DNA of 63,743 bases, the filler included, from Atractiella rhizophila (lineage: Eukaryota), in assembly GCA_021432655.1 (NCBI GenBank). It is 3 parts of 3 records of this genome, joined end to end, with 100 filler letters (N's around TTAATTAATTAA, not from the genome) between each part and the next. Parts side by side here need not be neighbours in the genome. Positions count along the whole stretch, not along the records: positions 29,291 to 58,313 come from MU271725.1; positions 58,414 to 63,743 come from MU271799.1; 1 more part is not named here. One strand, 5' to 3'. The position numbers and the translations under genes are program-made. Each line of letters begins with the position of its first letter. The stretch's first letter is position 1. The notes beneath the pieces are model-generated. The model had not been told where the DNA came from. It saw nothing but the letters and a program-made list of their open reading frames with translations, and ran no database searches. Of the stretch, positions 48,072 to 59,787 are shown in pieces.

Positions 48072-50184
48072 CTATACGATGTACTGTTTCAACACCTGCA
48101 ACCTTTCGCCCGCTTCCCGCAGAGTCTTCAGATCCTTACAGAACGCGAAACGGAGATACTTCTCTCCAATGCTCCAATGGGACCTTGGATCCATCCAACC
48201 GTCAGTTCAGTTTATGTGGATTGTAGCGAAGGTTGAATAAAGGAGGGACGCACTTATCGAAGAAAGCGGAGACGGGGATGCTGACAACCTTTGCTGTCTC
48301 CTGCTCGTCCACCACGCTCAGTATGCCCCGCAGCTGGAGAAAAGAGCGACGAAGGACTCACGGAGACAAACCACGCGGCTTTGAAATCGTGCGCGAACGG
48401 CGCGAGCTGTTTCGTCCACCCACTGTCAGCATGTTTCCTCCGCTTCGGGCGGAAGGGGGAGGTTTGGGAGTTGGGAGAGGACGAACCATGTCGGGGACGA
48501 CAAAGTCGTCCGGAATCTTGAGCCGTCTACCTCGCAACGAGCATCAATCAGTCCTCAATATGTAGCGCTACCGGAACCAAAAGAACGCACTCAACATTAA
48601 CGAGAACGAAATAACTCCCTTCAGGCACAGTATACGGTAGCCCAAGCTTATCCAGAGCCTCACGCAACACCTCCAACCTCTCCTCATACTCCTTCCGTTG
48701 CTGATCCCAGAAACCCCTTCCGGACGCCTCCTCCAATGCTCCAGCCACCGCTTCCTGGAGGGGAGAGTTGGTGACGAACACTATCCTTGTGGATGCTGCG
48801 AGGGTCGGTCGGATGAGGTGGGAGGGCCCAACGGCCCAGCCGACGCGCCAGCCGGTGGAGGAGAAGGATTTGCCCTGTTTTCTTCTTCTTTAGCGCGGTA
48901 TAAGGAGAAAAAGGAGGAGGGAGGGAGACGAACTGCGGATCCGATGGTGATTGTACGGTCCCAGAAGTTCTTGAGAGCTGCTATTCGGACGTGTTGAGAT
49001 CCGTTCAGGGCGAGACAGTCGTACTATTTCATCGTGCATCGACATTGATGGCCTGTTCACTGAAAAGGAAGTTTGTTGGAGACTTACAACTTCGTCACTC
49101 ATGATCAATAGGTTGTGCTCTTCTGCAATGTCTCCAATTTGAATCAATTCTTCCTCCGTAAACACCTTTCCTATCCTTCAACCATCAACCATCAACCATA
49201 ACAAGTCATCACTTCCTCTCTCGCAATGAAAGAACACTAATAACTCACGGGTTATGAGGTGTATTCAAGAAACTATCCGCAACCAATCAAAGGAGGGATC
49301 AGAGCGTGCCACTCAGTCGAATAAAAAGAGAAAGTACGCACATGAACTTTGTTTTCGGGGTGATGGCCCTCCTCAGTTCGTCGGGGTCAATCTTCCACTC
49401 TCTGGAGGAGACTGTTTCTTTGCTAGCATTTGGCGGAGGGTGGAGGGGGACGAAGACGGGGACGCCTGTTTTTTTTTGGTTGGTCAATATTGCGAATTTT
49501 TGGATGGAGGAAAGAAAGGAGGGAGGAAGACCTTGGTTGAATGTCGTGTTGCAGATGTACTGTTTTCTACCTTGTCAGCGTTCTTTCATAGAGTTGGAAG
49601 AGAGGTATGGACCTGATCGACTGTGGGCATGTTTCGTTAGATGGCTCGAGAGGAGGAAGAGAGGGAGGAACGGACAGTATGGTTCAAACATTATCACTTC
49701 GTCTCCCGGCTGGAGGAATGCGCCTATCCATCAAACGGACCAAATGCAATCAGTTTCCTTTCAAATACGATGAAACAAGCGAGCAAAGGAGCAGTATCGC
49801 ACATTCGACAGCATAAATGCCATTATTAGCTCCAGCAGTAACGAGGATCTCCTTCGTCTCGTCCAACCTCCTCCCAAAGCTCTCGCTCAAATACTCCGCC
49901 AAAGCCTTCCTCAACCGAATCCTTCCCATAGGATGCGAATAATGGTTAGCCTCCACGACCTCTAGGGCCTCTTTCGCTTTCTCGCGGACGAAAGGCGGAG
50001 GGAGCCAGTTCATGAATCCCTGTCCAAGGTTGAGGGAGTCTTTGGGGACGTATCCCGAGGCTGGGGAGAAGATGGACCAGACGTCGAGCTGCGAGACTTC
50101 GCGTTCGATGCGCGAGCTGATGGGGAACTTGAAGGGGTGCGCTGCCACGCCGTTTGCGTTCGCTTTGGCGGTGGAAGAGGACAT
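48072..50184 (-). CDS. Kynurenine aminotransferase (Bna3)-like PLP aminotransferase, paralogue B
   Basis: Contains LDVWSIFSP..NLGQGFMNW, NHYSHPMGRIRLR, LVTAGAN, LIMSDEV, GKSFSSTGWRVGW, TNSPLQEA and RFAFCKD. Confidence 0.9.
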
Positions 50185-50570
50185 CCTGACGATAACGAGC
50201 TTCTGTTTGAGGCTTGTGGGCGGAGGAGTGCGGTGGATGCTGGAGGGGACAGCCTGAGAGGCATGTGGAGGGCGATGCGACGACCTTTTATGTGTGGATG
50301 ACTGAGAAGAGGTTTAGGCAGAGATATAGCAACACGCGATTTTGGCTGCCGATAACGCGACTTGAAGGATATTTCAAAAAAAAACCACGTGACTAATTTT
50401 CGTACGCATAGCGGGAACACGGGATGGCCGTCCGGGCGACACGAATTTTGGGAACTGAAAGTGAACAACCAACTTCTTCTTCCACGCCACGCCACAAGCT
50501 ATATACCTCAGTCATTCGATCAGTACTGTAAATACTTAACACTAAAAGGCCAACAGCAGAATAGGGAAGG

Positions 50571-53500
50571 ATGCGGTTCCCGCCCTCGCTCATCTTCTAC
50601 CTCTTTTTCTCCACCCTCCACACCTTCCACGCCCACCGCTCCGCCTCCCGCTTCTCCTACCGCGTGCTCACCCTCCTCCCTACCCTCCACTACGCCATAC
50701 TCACCGCACTCGCCCTCCCCATCTTGTTGTGGAAGCTGTGGAAGGGACGGAGGTGGAGTGAGTGGAAGGTTCCCTTGTTGGTTGGTGTGATTAGTGCCGC
50801 GATGAGACATGCGGAATTGGTCACTGGGGTCGAGGAAGTGGAAATTGGGTTGATTGTGGCTTTACGGGTGAGTTCAGTTTCTCTCCAGTTCGCACACCAA
50901 AGAAGGAGGGAGGGAGAGAGATTTTCTTCATTCGTTCTTTCAGCTTTAGTCTCCTGTATTCCTCTCATCGCTTCAGCCTTTCCATATGTCTACGTGTCAG
51001 GTACTGCACCTTTGCTGCTCCCTGCGCGGAGTTGTCGTTGCTGAGCACTCCGAGAATCCGCCAGTCCGCATCCACTCTATATTCTGTGTTGGCGCACATG
51101 AATGTGAACAAACAACATGCAATGTGCTGTCATGGGAACTCGTCCTGGACCAGTTTTCCCACCTCCTTCGATTCGGAGGGGAAGCAATGGCTGATGAGAA
51201 ACTCTTGCCCGAGTTTCTTAGACGAGCGAACTTGAGAACGGTCACTACTATTAGACTGGCCTCAACCGCTTGTTTCTTCTGCGCCAATATATAACCTTGC
51301 TAAATGAGGATTTGTTCCGTGGAGAGAAATGGAAGCCACTCGAACAGTTCGTGGCTGATTATGTCCCTGCTGTGTTCATCCAAATCCAATGGAGCATCCA
51401 TGGTTTCAATGTTTACGCCTGAGGCGAGGTTATGAGGCCCAGTCGGCCCCTTCTGGTTCTGGAGGATCGTCGGTGGATCGTTTGAAAGAGTAGAGTACGA
51501 CGAGTGAAGGATCATAATTTCACTAAGGAGAACTCGTTGATATTTGAAGAGAGGCAATCTAGCGTTTTTTGAGACAGTTAGCTTTGGTATCCTTCACTTG
51601 ATTTTGTTTTCGTTAGTAACATGTGTCGATCATCAAGTTGTCCAGAGACCTTTTCATTCCTTGTCTTCCCTGTCCAAGACTTGCGGCTGCATGCGTTGTG
51701 TCAAAAGTATCAGTTAGTGGATTACTTTTCTTTCCGTGGCAGCGATTTGTGTTCGCAGAGTGGATGTATTGGCTTTGACACGAAAGACTGCATCTCGGAA
51801 AGATGGCCCTTTGTAGCTGTCCGAAGAGAAAGTGATGGTTACCTGTGGCGAGTCCTATCCTCACGGTTGGACCGATGTGCAACAAGGTCGGGAAGGTGAA
51901 GGCGAATTTATCCATCCGAAGGAGTGGAGCAAAACAGATATCGTCTTTGTCCTCCGAATGATAGAGTGGCTTCATGGCACGACGCAACAACGTTCCGGAT
52001 TCAAGATACATGTTGACCTTGTCGAGGCTTAGTGGCCCCTCGTCTGTTCCCTTGGGTCTGACTCAGCTTCAAGCTTTTCATTCAGAAGTGATCAGTCCAT
52101 TGACTACTTGAACACTGTCAAGGAGTCAGATCCTATGGGAACATCGCTGCATTAATGTCTGATGGACGTCTCTCTGTTTCAAAATTTCATGTGACTGGCC
52201 TATCCTTTCTTTTCTTATTTCAACAGTTTACTGAGTTTAGCAGACGTGGAACCTTCATACGAGTTAGGTCATCCATTTAGGACCTAGTTTTTCACACAAA
52301 CTTGGGTTTGAACCGTTTTATTTGCTATTACAATTCGGAATCCTAGTCGGAGTACATCGAAGGCTGGTGCGCTTTCTGCCATTCAATGGTCGAGGCGCAC
52401 AGACATAGTTCTTTCAGCCCAAGCACCAGTCTGAAAGATCGCCAGTCTGTCACAGCCACAAACGGCGCAATTTCACTTTGGTAAAATGGCGACCGACTTT
52501 CAATAGAATCATTAATAACTGTGTTTGCTGAAGCCTTTTCGAACATTCGTTCTTTCGGATAGCGCATTGATTGATTTCCGAACCATCGGCGCCATTTGAT
52601 CACTTATTTGTTGGCATTGACCTGCCAAAATGAAGGGCGTAGAAATGCATGATTTCAGAGTTTGTTAACGGTCTGTTTAGGTACTTATATTCCCGCCTTT
52701 ATTCCAATACCTCAACACTCGCTTGTCCTCCAGCCAACCTTCCCTCTCACAAATCCGCCTACAAGCCATCGTCTCCCTTCTTTTCTCTATTACAACAGTT
52801 TATCTTGGCTCGTCAGCAGGTAGCCCCTCAGGATTCCTCCGATGGCTCGTCTTTGGCACCCTTGGGGAGTTTGCGATAATGATGCTCGAGAGAGAATGGG
52901 TACGCAACGGCGGATCCTTCCAAGTTTCAAACGGACAAAACGGCGGCAAAAGTTGGTGGGAGCTCCTGGCCAAATCCGCACCAGCTTCTTTGGCAGTATC
53001 CGCCCTCCTCACATACCCTTACACGGAGCGGAGTTCGCCTCTCGATCCCGATTACCGATTCCTCACCACTGGCGGCGCGTATTATTACAACAATTGGTGG
53101 TTCGCAGGCGTCGCTTCCGCTTATGGAATCACAGCTTTCTTTGACACTATATCTTTCTTTTACCTCCTGTCTACCCCGTCTGTCTCCCTATCCGCGGATG
53201 GAATGTTCAATTTCCTCTCCGTTGGAGGACTCTTCAAAATGGTCATTCAGCTTGCTCTGGACCAACAAATCGTGGGAAGGTTGGGATGGATGGGAGGCGG
53301 ACGGACGATGGGGAAGGGTAGAGGGAATACGGAGGTGTGGTGCTTTGTCGTCGTCTTCGCTTTTCTTGCGGTGTGGGCGACGTCGAATGGATGGATTTGG
53401 AAGGAGGGAGATGGAGGCTCGAATGCTTGGAGCCCACAGGAAGAGATGAAGTCTATACCGATGCATAGCAAGAACCCATCGAACGATTTCGGGCCAGGAA

Positions 53501-54995
53501 GCGGAAATGAGAGGCCGTCAACACCTTCATCTCCTTCAGCACATTTCACTTCCAGTCCAGCCTTCAATCAGGCTGTCAGGTATCTTAGACTTTCGCTTTT
53601 GCCTTTGGGGCTCTTTCTATTATTGTTACTACAACCCTCACAACCTGATGAGCCGCGGACTGTGGACATAGTGGTACGTTGGTCAGCCTCTCTCCATTTT
53701 CGGATTCTGAAGCGATACATTAGATGTCTTACTTTGACGAGCCAATACATGGGCTCTTAATTTCTGTACAAACGTTCTATTCCAGTCGAGCTTTCACAGA
53801 TCGGAAGCCTCGGCTCATAATTTATGTCAAGAATGACGAATTAGCTAAATCTGAGGAGCGGTTAAGGAACTTTAAGGAGGAGACTGGGGCCAACCACGTT
53901 GTCACTGGATTGGCGAATTGGGGCAGAGAAAGTGGGGTTCGTTGTCCCTTGACCTTTTCCTAGCGTTTCTCCCTCGTTGCCCTAGGACGTGATTTGTTTG
54001 GCTGATGCGTGACGTAGACCTATTTACGACACATTATAATCAATTACAATACGACAAGAGAAAGTGTCGAGGGACATCGACGGTGTGATGGAATCTGTGC
54101 GCAACCTCCTTTTCTGGTTCCCTTTCGGCCGCTTAACTTTGGATGCACAGCGTGTCCACTAGGTTTAGCGACACATACGCTCTTGTATTGTTCCTTGTAT
54201 TCGTTCAGCTTCGATTGGTGACCCTTCCCTAGCATTCAACCTCACTTGAGTTGGGAGCGCCTAGCGGTCACTAGATACGAGCTTCTTGGTCAGTTTGCTT
54301 TGTTTTTGTATTTCGCTAGCTCGCTCTAAGCCTAGAGCGCTAATGCAACAGAGGACCACACCGGCTTTATGACGGGAACTGTGTGGCTGCGAAGCGATTG
54401 TGGAAAGGATGGAAGGGGAAACGGGGAGTTCCCTAGAATGGCTCAGATCTACACAATGTTCCGGGAAGAGGTGCGCGATACTGGGGTTCGGCACTAGTTC
54501 CTGTAGAGACTGAAATCTTGCTCAGCCTTGTCCTCCGACGAATCAGCTGGCAACTTATTCGGGACAGTTCTTCGCCAGTCGGCGGAGGATCCGAGAGAAC
54601 AAATGGAGTGCCTATAAAGAGCTGGATGACCTACTGGAGGTAGGTGAACTTGCTGAATTAGAACCCCGCTGACACCTTTTGCAGGCTCCAGCAGGCCACC
54701 CGATATATCAAGAAGGTGACTGGTGGAAGTATCACGGGGAGCCAGGGCCAACAAATCCGTACTTGGTGCTATTCTTTTCTCTTTTAGGGAACTCGTTGCT
54801 TACGTTTTGTTTGTTATTTAAGGGACACGCGGTGGAGCGCAGGCAAGTCTTCCGCGACCTAGAGATGCATCCTAACCTGCTTCCAGTTGGCCCACGATCT
54901 TCAATTGTATTGACCCGACTATGGCGGAGCGCTGTTTCGATAGCGACTGGATTGCCCGTAGAAGAGACTGTCAATGCTATGATGTGGATCCATAA
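50571..54995 (+). CDS. Multi-TM N-terminal region joined to a DUF3431-like C-terminal domain; includes a 1.68-kb intron (51001-52680)
   Basis: Phase-0 splicing 50867|50950-51000|52681 keeps the frame. The C-terminal region has VDIVV, RLIIYVKN, NWGRESG|TYLRHII, LATHTL, GQFFASRRRI and GHAVERS|WPTIFNC..CQCYD. Confidence 0.65.
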
Positions 54996-56849
54996 TCACC
55001 AAGTGGACACCCGAATCGAATACCTGCATTCGCTAGCGGTGGGTCCGCTCCCCATGTTGATTTCCACGTCAAATCAAGGCGTCATCTAATATCGTCATCT
55101 CTTTGCCACGCTATGACCCTAGCCTCACTCTGGCAATTGGTAGTCTTCCAACTCTCTCAGTTTCTGGCTGTTAATGATGCAATTGGCGCGCTCGGGTGGG
55201 ACTTGATCGATCTAGCCCCTTTGGTTGCGCCACATCCAAAAAGAGTCAATAGATGAATGCAAACAAAATGAAATTGCCGAGTTGACGGTCATTTTTACGG
55301 TTTGACGAAAGCTTGAACAACTTGTCTTCCGCATCCCTAGGTTTGAACACTTTGGTCAAATCTTCTTTGCAGCGGATTTGGGGCCAGTTCCACGTCGTGG
55401 AATGAGAATGACACCCAGATAACCTTGCGCTTGAGCCTACAGTCTGTCACCGGAGCGCTGGGAGTGACAGGTTTGGGAACATTTCCATTTCCCTCTGGCT
55501 TCGACTCCATAAAAGGAGCTCAGTGTCAACTTCGCATCAGGGGCTGCTCATTTCAAATCTTCATCTTGTATCTTCATTTTGCAGGGAGTTTCAGTGTCAT
55601 CAGTCTTTGGTAAACATGAATGCAACAGAGGAAGTATACGTGTGGAGGAAGGCATCAAGCAAGCTTTACTCCCTGGCAGATTTTAACATCCTTCACGGGT
55701 CTAGCTCTCCTGAAGAGATTGTAGTGATTGGTCAGTACGTCACTCTACTCCTGCAGCTGCGAATGACCATTCTTCAGTTTTCCCAGCAGGTTTGTGAGCT
55801 GCACAAAGCACTACTACTAACACAACGTCCCCGTTAGCTTCGTATCAAAGGGTATTAGACATGAACGGAGTAGAGTACTTTCCTTCTTCGAGCGATGGAC
55901 TGGTGTGGCTTCGAGGTGAGTAATTGGGTTATTTACTTTCAATCCATCCGATTGCCTTTGCCCTTGCGCGCCCCTATTTCCGGTCTCCGGTAATGGCTGA
56001 ATTAACCAGATCTTTTGTGCTTTTAGGTCAATCGTGGGTTTTCCAACTTCCCAAGAACCACGCGAACTTAATCTGATGAACATCGGTGAAGTTGTGTATG
56101 CCAAAATTTCGACATTCAAAACAAATGTGATTACCTCCTCTACCTCCTGCCTTTTTGTTATTGATGAGGGTGAATGCTTTAGACAAGCGTCCTGCTGTCA
56201 TCAGAAAACATTTTATTTCTTGCAGACTCAGGGCGCAACTCGTCGGTGAGAACGACCCCATCAAAACGTGCTGCTTGTTGTGGGACAGTATGTGATTCCG
56301 GCTGCTTCAAGCATTCAAAATTCATCATTCAGTGCTTAAGCACTCAAGAACGCTTTCCTTTCCATTTCTGCTCTGGTTACCTTCCTCCGTCCCCATTTCT
56401 TTTCTCAGTTCTGCATACGTGCCCACGGAAGTATCGTGCCCTCACAAATGTCATTATCCATTCTTCTGCTTGTATCACCATCTTCTCTGGGTTACCTTGG
56501 AAGCGTCAATCGTGGACGTGGACTGATCAGATCCTTTGAAGTCCTTCGCGGCCCGCTTCAGGAGCTGAACTTGAAATAGCCACCAACTCCTATCTGGATA
56601 TTTAAGTATTTGAGTATTTGCTCTTGCAGACCACTTCAGTCGGTCAGGATGGAGCACCCCTGTTCTGAGAATGATGCACTAGCTGCGCCGTTTCTCCAGC
56701 TTTGATTACAACCTGCCAGACTTTTGGATGACCTGCATTTCAGTAGAGCTTCATGCTGCTGACTAACTGCGTGAAAATCACAACCTCGTTTTTGCCATAA
56801 GTCTCAGGATCAAGGTCAGGAGCTGCCAATGAACCTCGGTGGAAACAGA

Positions 56850-57692
56850 TCAAGCTCTCTCCCACTTGCTCTCAATTTCCATGACAGACACGGGGTTTCC
56901 CGCCTGTCCCCCTTTGGTGAACCTCCGCCCTCTCGTCCGAGATGTGAATGGCCCCTTACCTTCTCATCGTAATCCGTCCAGTCCCCTTCGTCCTCCTCAA
57001 TCTCAAATTCGAACTTTGTACCACTCTCATTGCCCTCGCAGAGCCAGGTTCCCTATCCAATCAGATTGTTTCTTAGCATTCCTCTGGAGAAGAGACAACG
57101 AACCTTTGGAACGAAACTCGTGAACTCGCATCCTCTACATTCTACAACAAGGAGGGGAGAGAACTTTTGGCCTTCGGAGGATTCGAAAGAATAACTGGCA
57201 GTTGGAGGAAGAGAAGAATCGAAGGCTGGCAGGCGCCATCAAGAACCATTCAGGCGTGCTGATCTGAATTGGAGATAGAGCAGAACGCACTAGCAGACGA
57301 CTCGCGTTTGCAGAAGCCACACTTCCAAACAAAGTTGGCCGTTCCTCTGGATCCTGTCAAAGGACGCTCTTCCTGGTTGACGCATCATCAGTAGTTTTCC
57401 AGGAAAAGAGTGAAATACGAACATTCCTCGCGATCGCTATCGGTTTTGGGTGAGGTTCATGGCAAGAATTACATGTTACCTATCTCAGCATGTAGACGAT
57501 ATCAGATGTAAGGATAAAACGTTACGAAACAACATACACCAAAGAACCACGTAAAAGATTCGGGTTCCTTTGGCCGCAAGGAAGTGACGTTTTCGAGAGT
57601 TGCTTTAATTAGGAGTTTGAGTTTCTGATCACAAATCACAATCAGAGTCGCTTCCAAGGTTCCAGTGGCCGTCAGAAAACACCTACAACCAT
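56850..57692 (-). CDS. CZIB: CXXC-motif zinc-binding protein (DUF866/UPF0587)
   Basis: MV|KLKLLIKATLENVTSLRP, GSRGTANFVWKCGFCKRESSA, ECRGCEF and DWTDYDEK|..PVSVMEIESKW. Confidence 0.88.
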
Positions 57693-57781
57693 TCTGATGA
57701 TTGATTGGTTGCTGGACAAACGTCACGTGATCGATCAAAGTTGTTTTCGACGTAGTTTGAGACTACCCTAGAGTATTGCCT

Positions 57782-57830
57782 GTTACGTAACGAAGCGGTC
57801 GGAAATACTTCCGCTCAAACTGCCACGTAG
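57782..57830. promoter_or_regulatory. Candidate bZIP/UPR elements in the divergent CZIB-GRP94 promoter
   Basis: Palindrome GTTACGTAAC at 57782-57791 and GCCACGTA at 57822-57829, about 110 bp upstream of an ER chaperone ATG. Confidence 0.35.
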
Positions 57831-57936
57831 CATCTCCAAAACTTTAAGACTGGCAACACGCCCTCAGTCTTCCCCATCTTCAAAGATACCAGCATCAAAG
57901 TGCCTTTAGAGGACGTCAGTACTTGTCTAAACAGGC

Positions 57937-58313
57937 ATGAAGATGCAGCTGCCTCAGCTCCTTCTCCGCCTGCTTCCCCTCCTGCCACTCGCTTTCTCTC
58001 AAGTTCAGGTTCCCCTTGAGGCTCAAGGGTTGTCAGTCGAGCAAGCTGAAGCTATTCGGGATGCAGGTGAAAGTGTGCAATTCGAGGTTCGTGCGCTTGT
58101 CCCCAATAGTAAAATTCAACTGAGACAGTTTGTGGCATAGTCGGACATCTCACGTCTCATGCGAGTTGTCGTCTCCCATTTGTACCACGACAGAGATGTC
58201 TTCCTCCGAGAACTAGTCTCAAACGCAGGAGACGCTTTAGAGAAGTTGAGAGTGGTGTCCTTGACCGAACCGAAGGTTATGGACGGCGCTGGAGAGCTTA
58301 ATGTTACGATTAG
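57937..58313 (+). CDS. GRP94: ER Hsp90 (GRP94/endoplasmin), N-terminal part, truncated by the gap
   Basis: Signal peptide followed by FE|SDISRLMRVVVSHLYHDRDVFLRELVSNAGDALEKLR, the Hsp90 signature. Confidence 0.85.
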
Positions 58314-58413
58314 NNNNNNNNNNNNNNNNNNNNNNNNNNNNNNNNNNNNNNNNNNNNTTAATTAATTAANNNNNNNNNNNNNNNNNNNNNNNNNNNNNNN
58401 NNNNNNNNNNNNN
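58314..58413. other. Scaffold join: 44 N + TTAATTAATTAA + 44 N
   Basis: Spacer at 58358-58369; same layout as the join at 29191. Confidence 0.97.
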
Positions 58414-58442
58414 ATGGGTTTCATAAAGCACAAGGTGACATG

Positions 58443-59322
58443 TTAATCAAAGAAATCGTCGTCTTCGGGGAGGTTGAGCTCCCGTGCGTCGACTTCTTTG
58501 TTGTCCTTGCGGTTGTCATCAGTATCTGAAGTGTTCTTCTTCTTGAGGTCCAGATTCTGCTCCGGTTCCTTACTCATATTGCCTTTCTTCATCTCATCCT
58601 GGACCCAAGCTCGCACCCAAGTCCTAACCTGGTCCGAATCCTTGCATTTGATCGGTGGCGGGTGTTGGAGGACTTCGGGCAGCGGAGAAGGATGTGGTAC
58701 GTAGATGCTTGAAGGGAAGAGAGAGACATATTTTCGCTCAGATGGATAGTTCTGCCATAAAAACCTTTTAGCCTTACACTGACGTAGAGGCAGAAGAGGA
58801 ATACCGTACTAGGACGTAGTTGAGGTCGATGCGAAGACGAAGTAGCTCTTCCTCGCCCTTTGTGTGCTTTATCTTGCGGATGAGTTTCTGCCGCTCTATT
58901 TAATGTCATCAGCACCAGTACCCTGGCGATCTTTGGAATTCCTGTACCAAAAAATCTAACACCTGGATATGATGTCAGATCGTCATTCAAGTTCCAGCAA
59001 AAATGGCCTGCGACGGGTTTAGGGTTGCGAACCTTTATACACATCGTCATTCTTCTCTGCAGTTTTGGCGGTCTGCGCTGCAGCAAGTTCGGCCTCCAAT
59101 GCTTTTAAATTTGCTTCATGCTGAGTCTTAGCCTGTGAGTCTCCTTCCTGGACAATGCAACGTTAGCATTGACAGACACAAAATGGAACAGAGACATGCC
59201 TTTGCAAGCAGACGCTTCGCTTGTCGAATGTTGGCTTTCAGGCGAGAAATGGACGGTTTCGTTCGCTTATTTGGCAATTCGGCATCCTGTGAGCTCTGTT
59301 CTTCTCCCCTTTTCCTCTTCAT
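58443..59322 (-). CDS. EFG1: rRNA-processing protein Efg1
   Basis: Contains SISRLKANIRQAKRLLAK, VRFF|ERQKLIRKIK, LRIDLNYV, KYVSLFP and the acidic end EDDDFFD*. Confidence 0.8.
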
Positions 59323-59787
59323 GGCTCCTCGTCACCTGGCAGTGGACTTTAGTCACTCCACAACAAAGGGAGCAAAAAGTTAGCGAACTGTGGATCGAAG
59401 GCCCGCTTTCCAATAGATTGGCACCGCAAACTGCCAACATCGACGACGGCTCTCGCCCCAGAATCAGCGGGAGTCCTCTTAGCTGTGTGTTGTTCGAACA
59501 GATTATATCAATCTAGGCGTTATTTCGCCTAACTTCGTTCTTTGGATTTTATAACTTATCACGCTCGATACCCTCGACTCTTTCTTTCTGCTTGTTCTCT
59601 CGGCTGGTCAACTTCCACCGTGTATCAGCGCTTCGGCTTCCTTCTCGCTGTTGATCCTACTTCGACTCTCTTGTTACTTCGTTTACACGTCTATTCCGAA
59701 TCGCTATCGAAACAAACTCTGCGAACTCCCTCGTAGCTGCACCTCGTGACCACACCTTCTGTCTCAGTGTCTCAGTAGAGCATCACA

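Noticed and set aside
55100..56800. Possible degenerate minus-strand gene
   Set aside because: Stops occur in all frames and no family is recognisable, so I cannot support a call.
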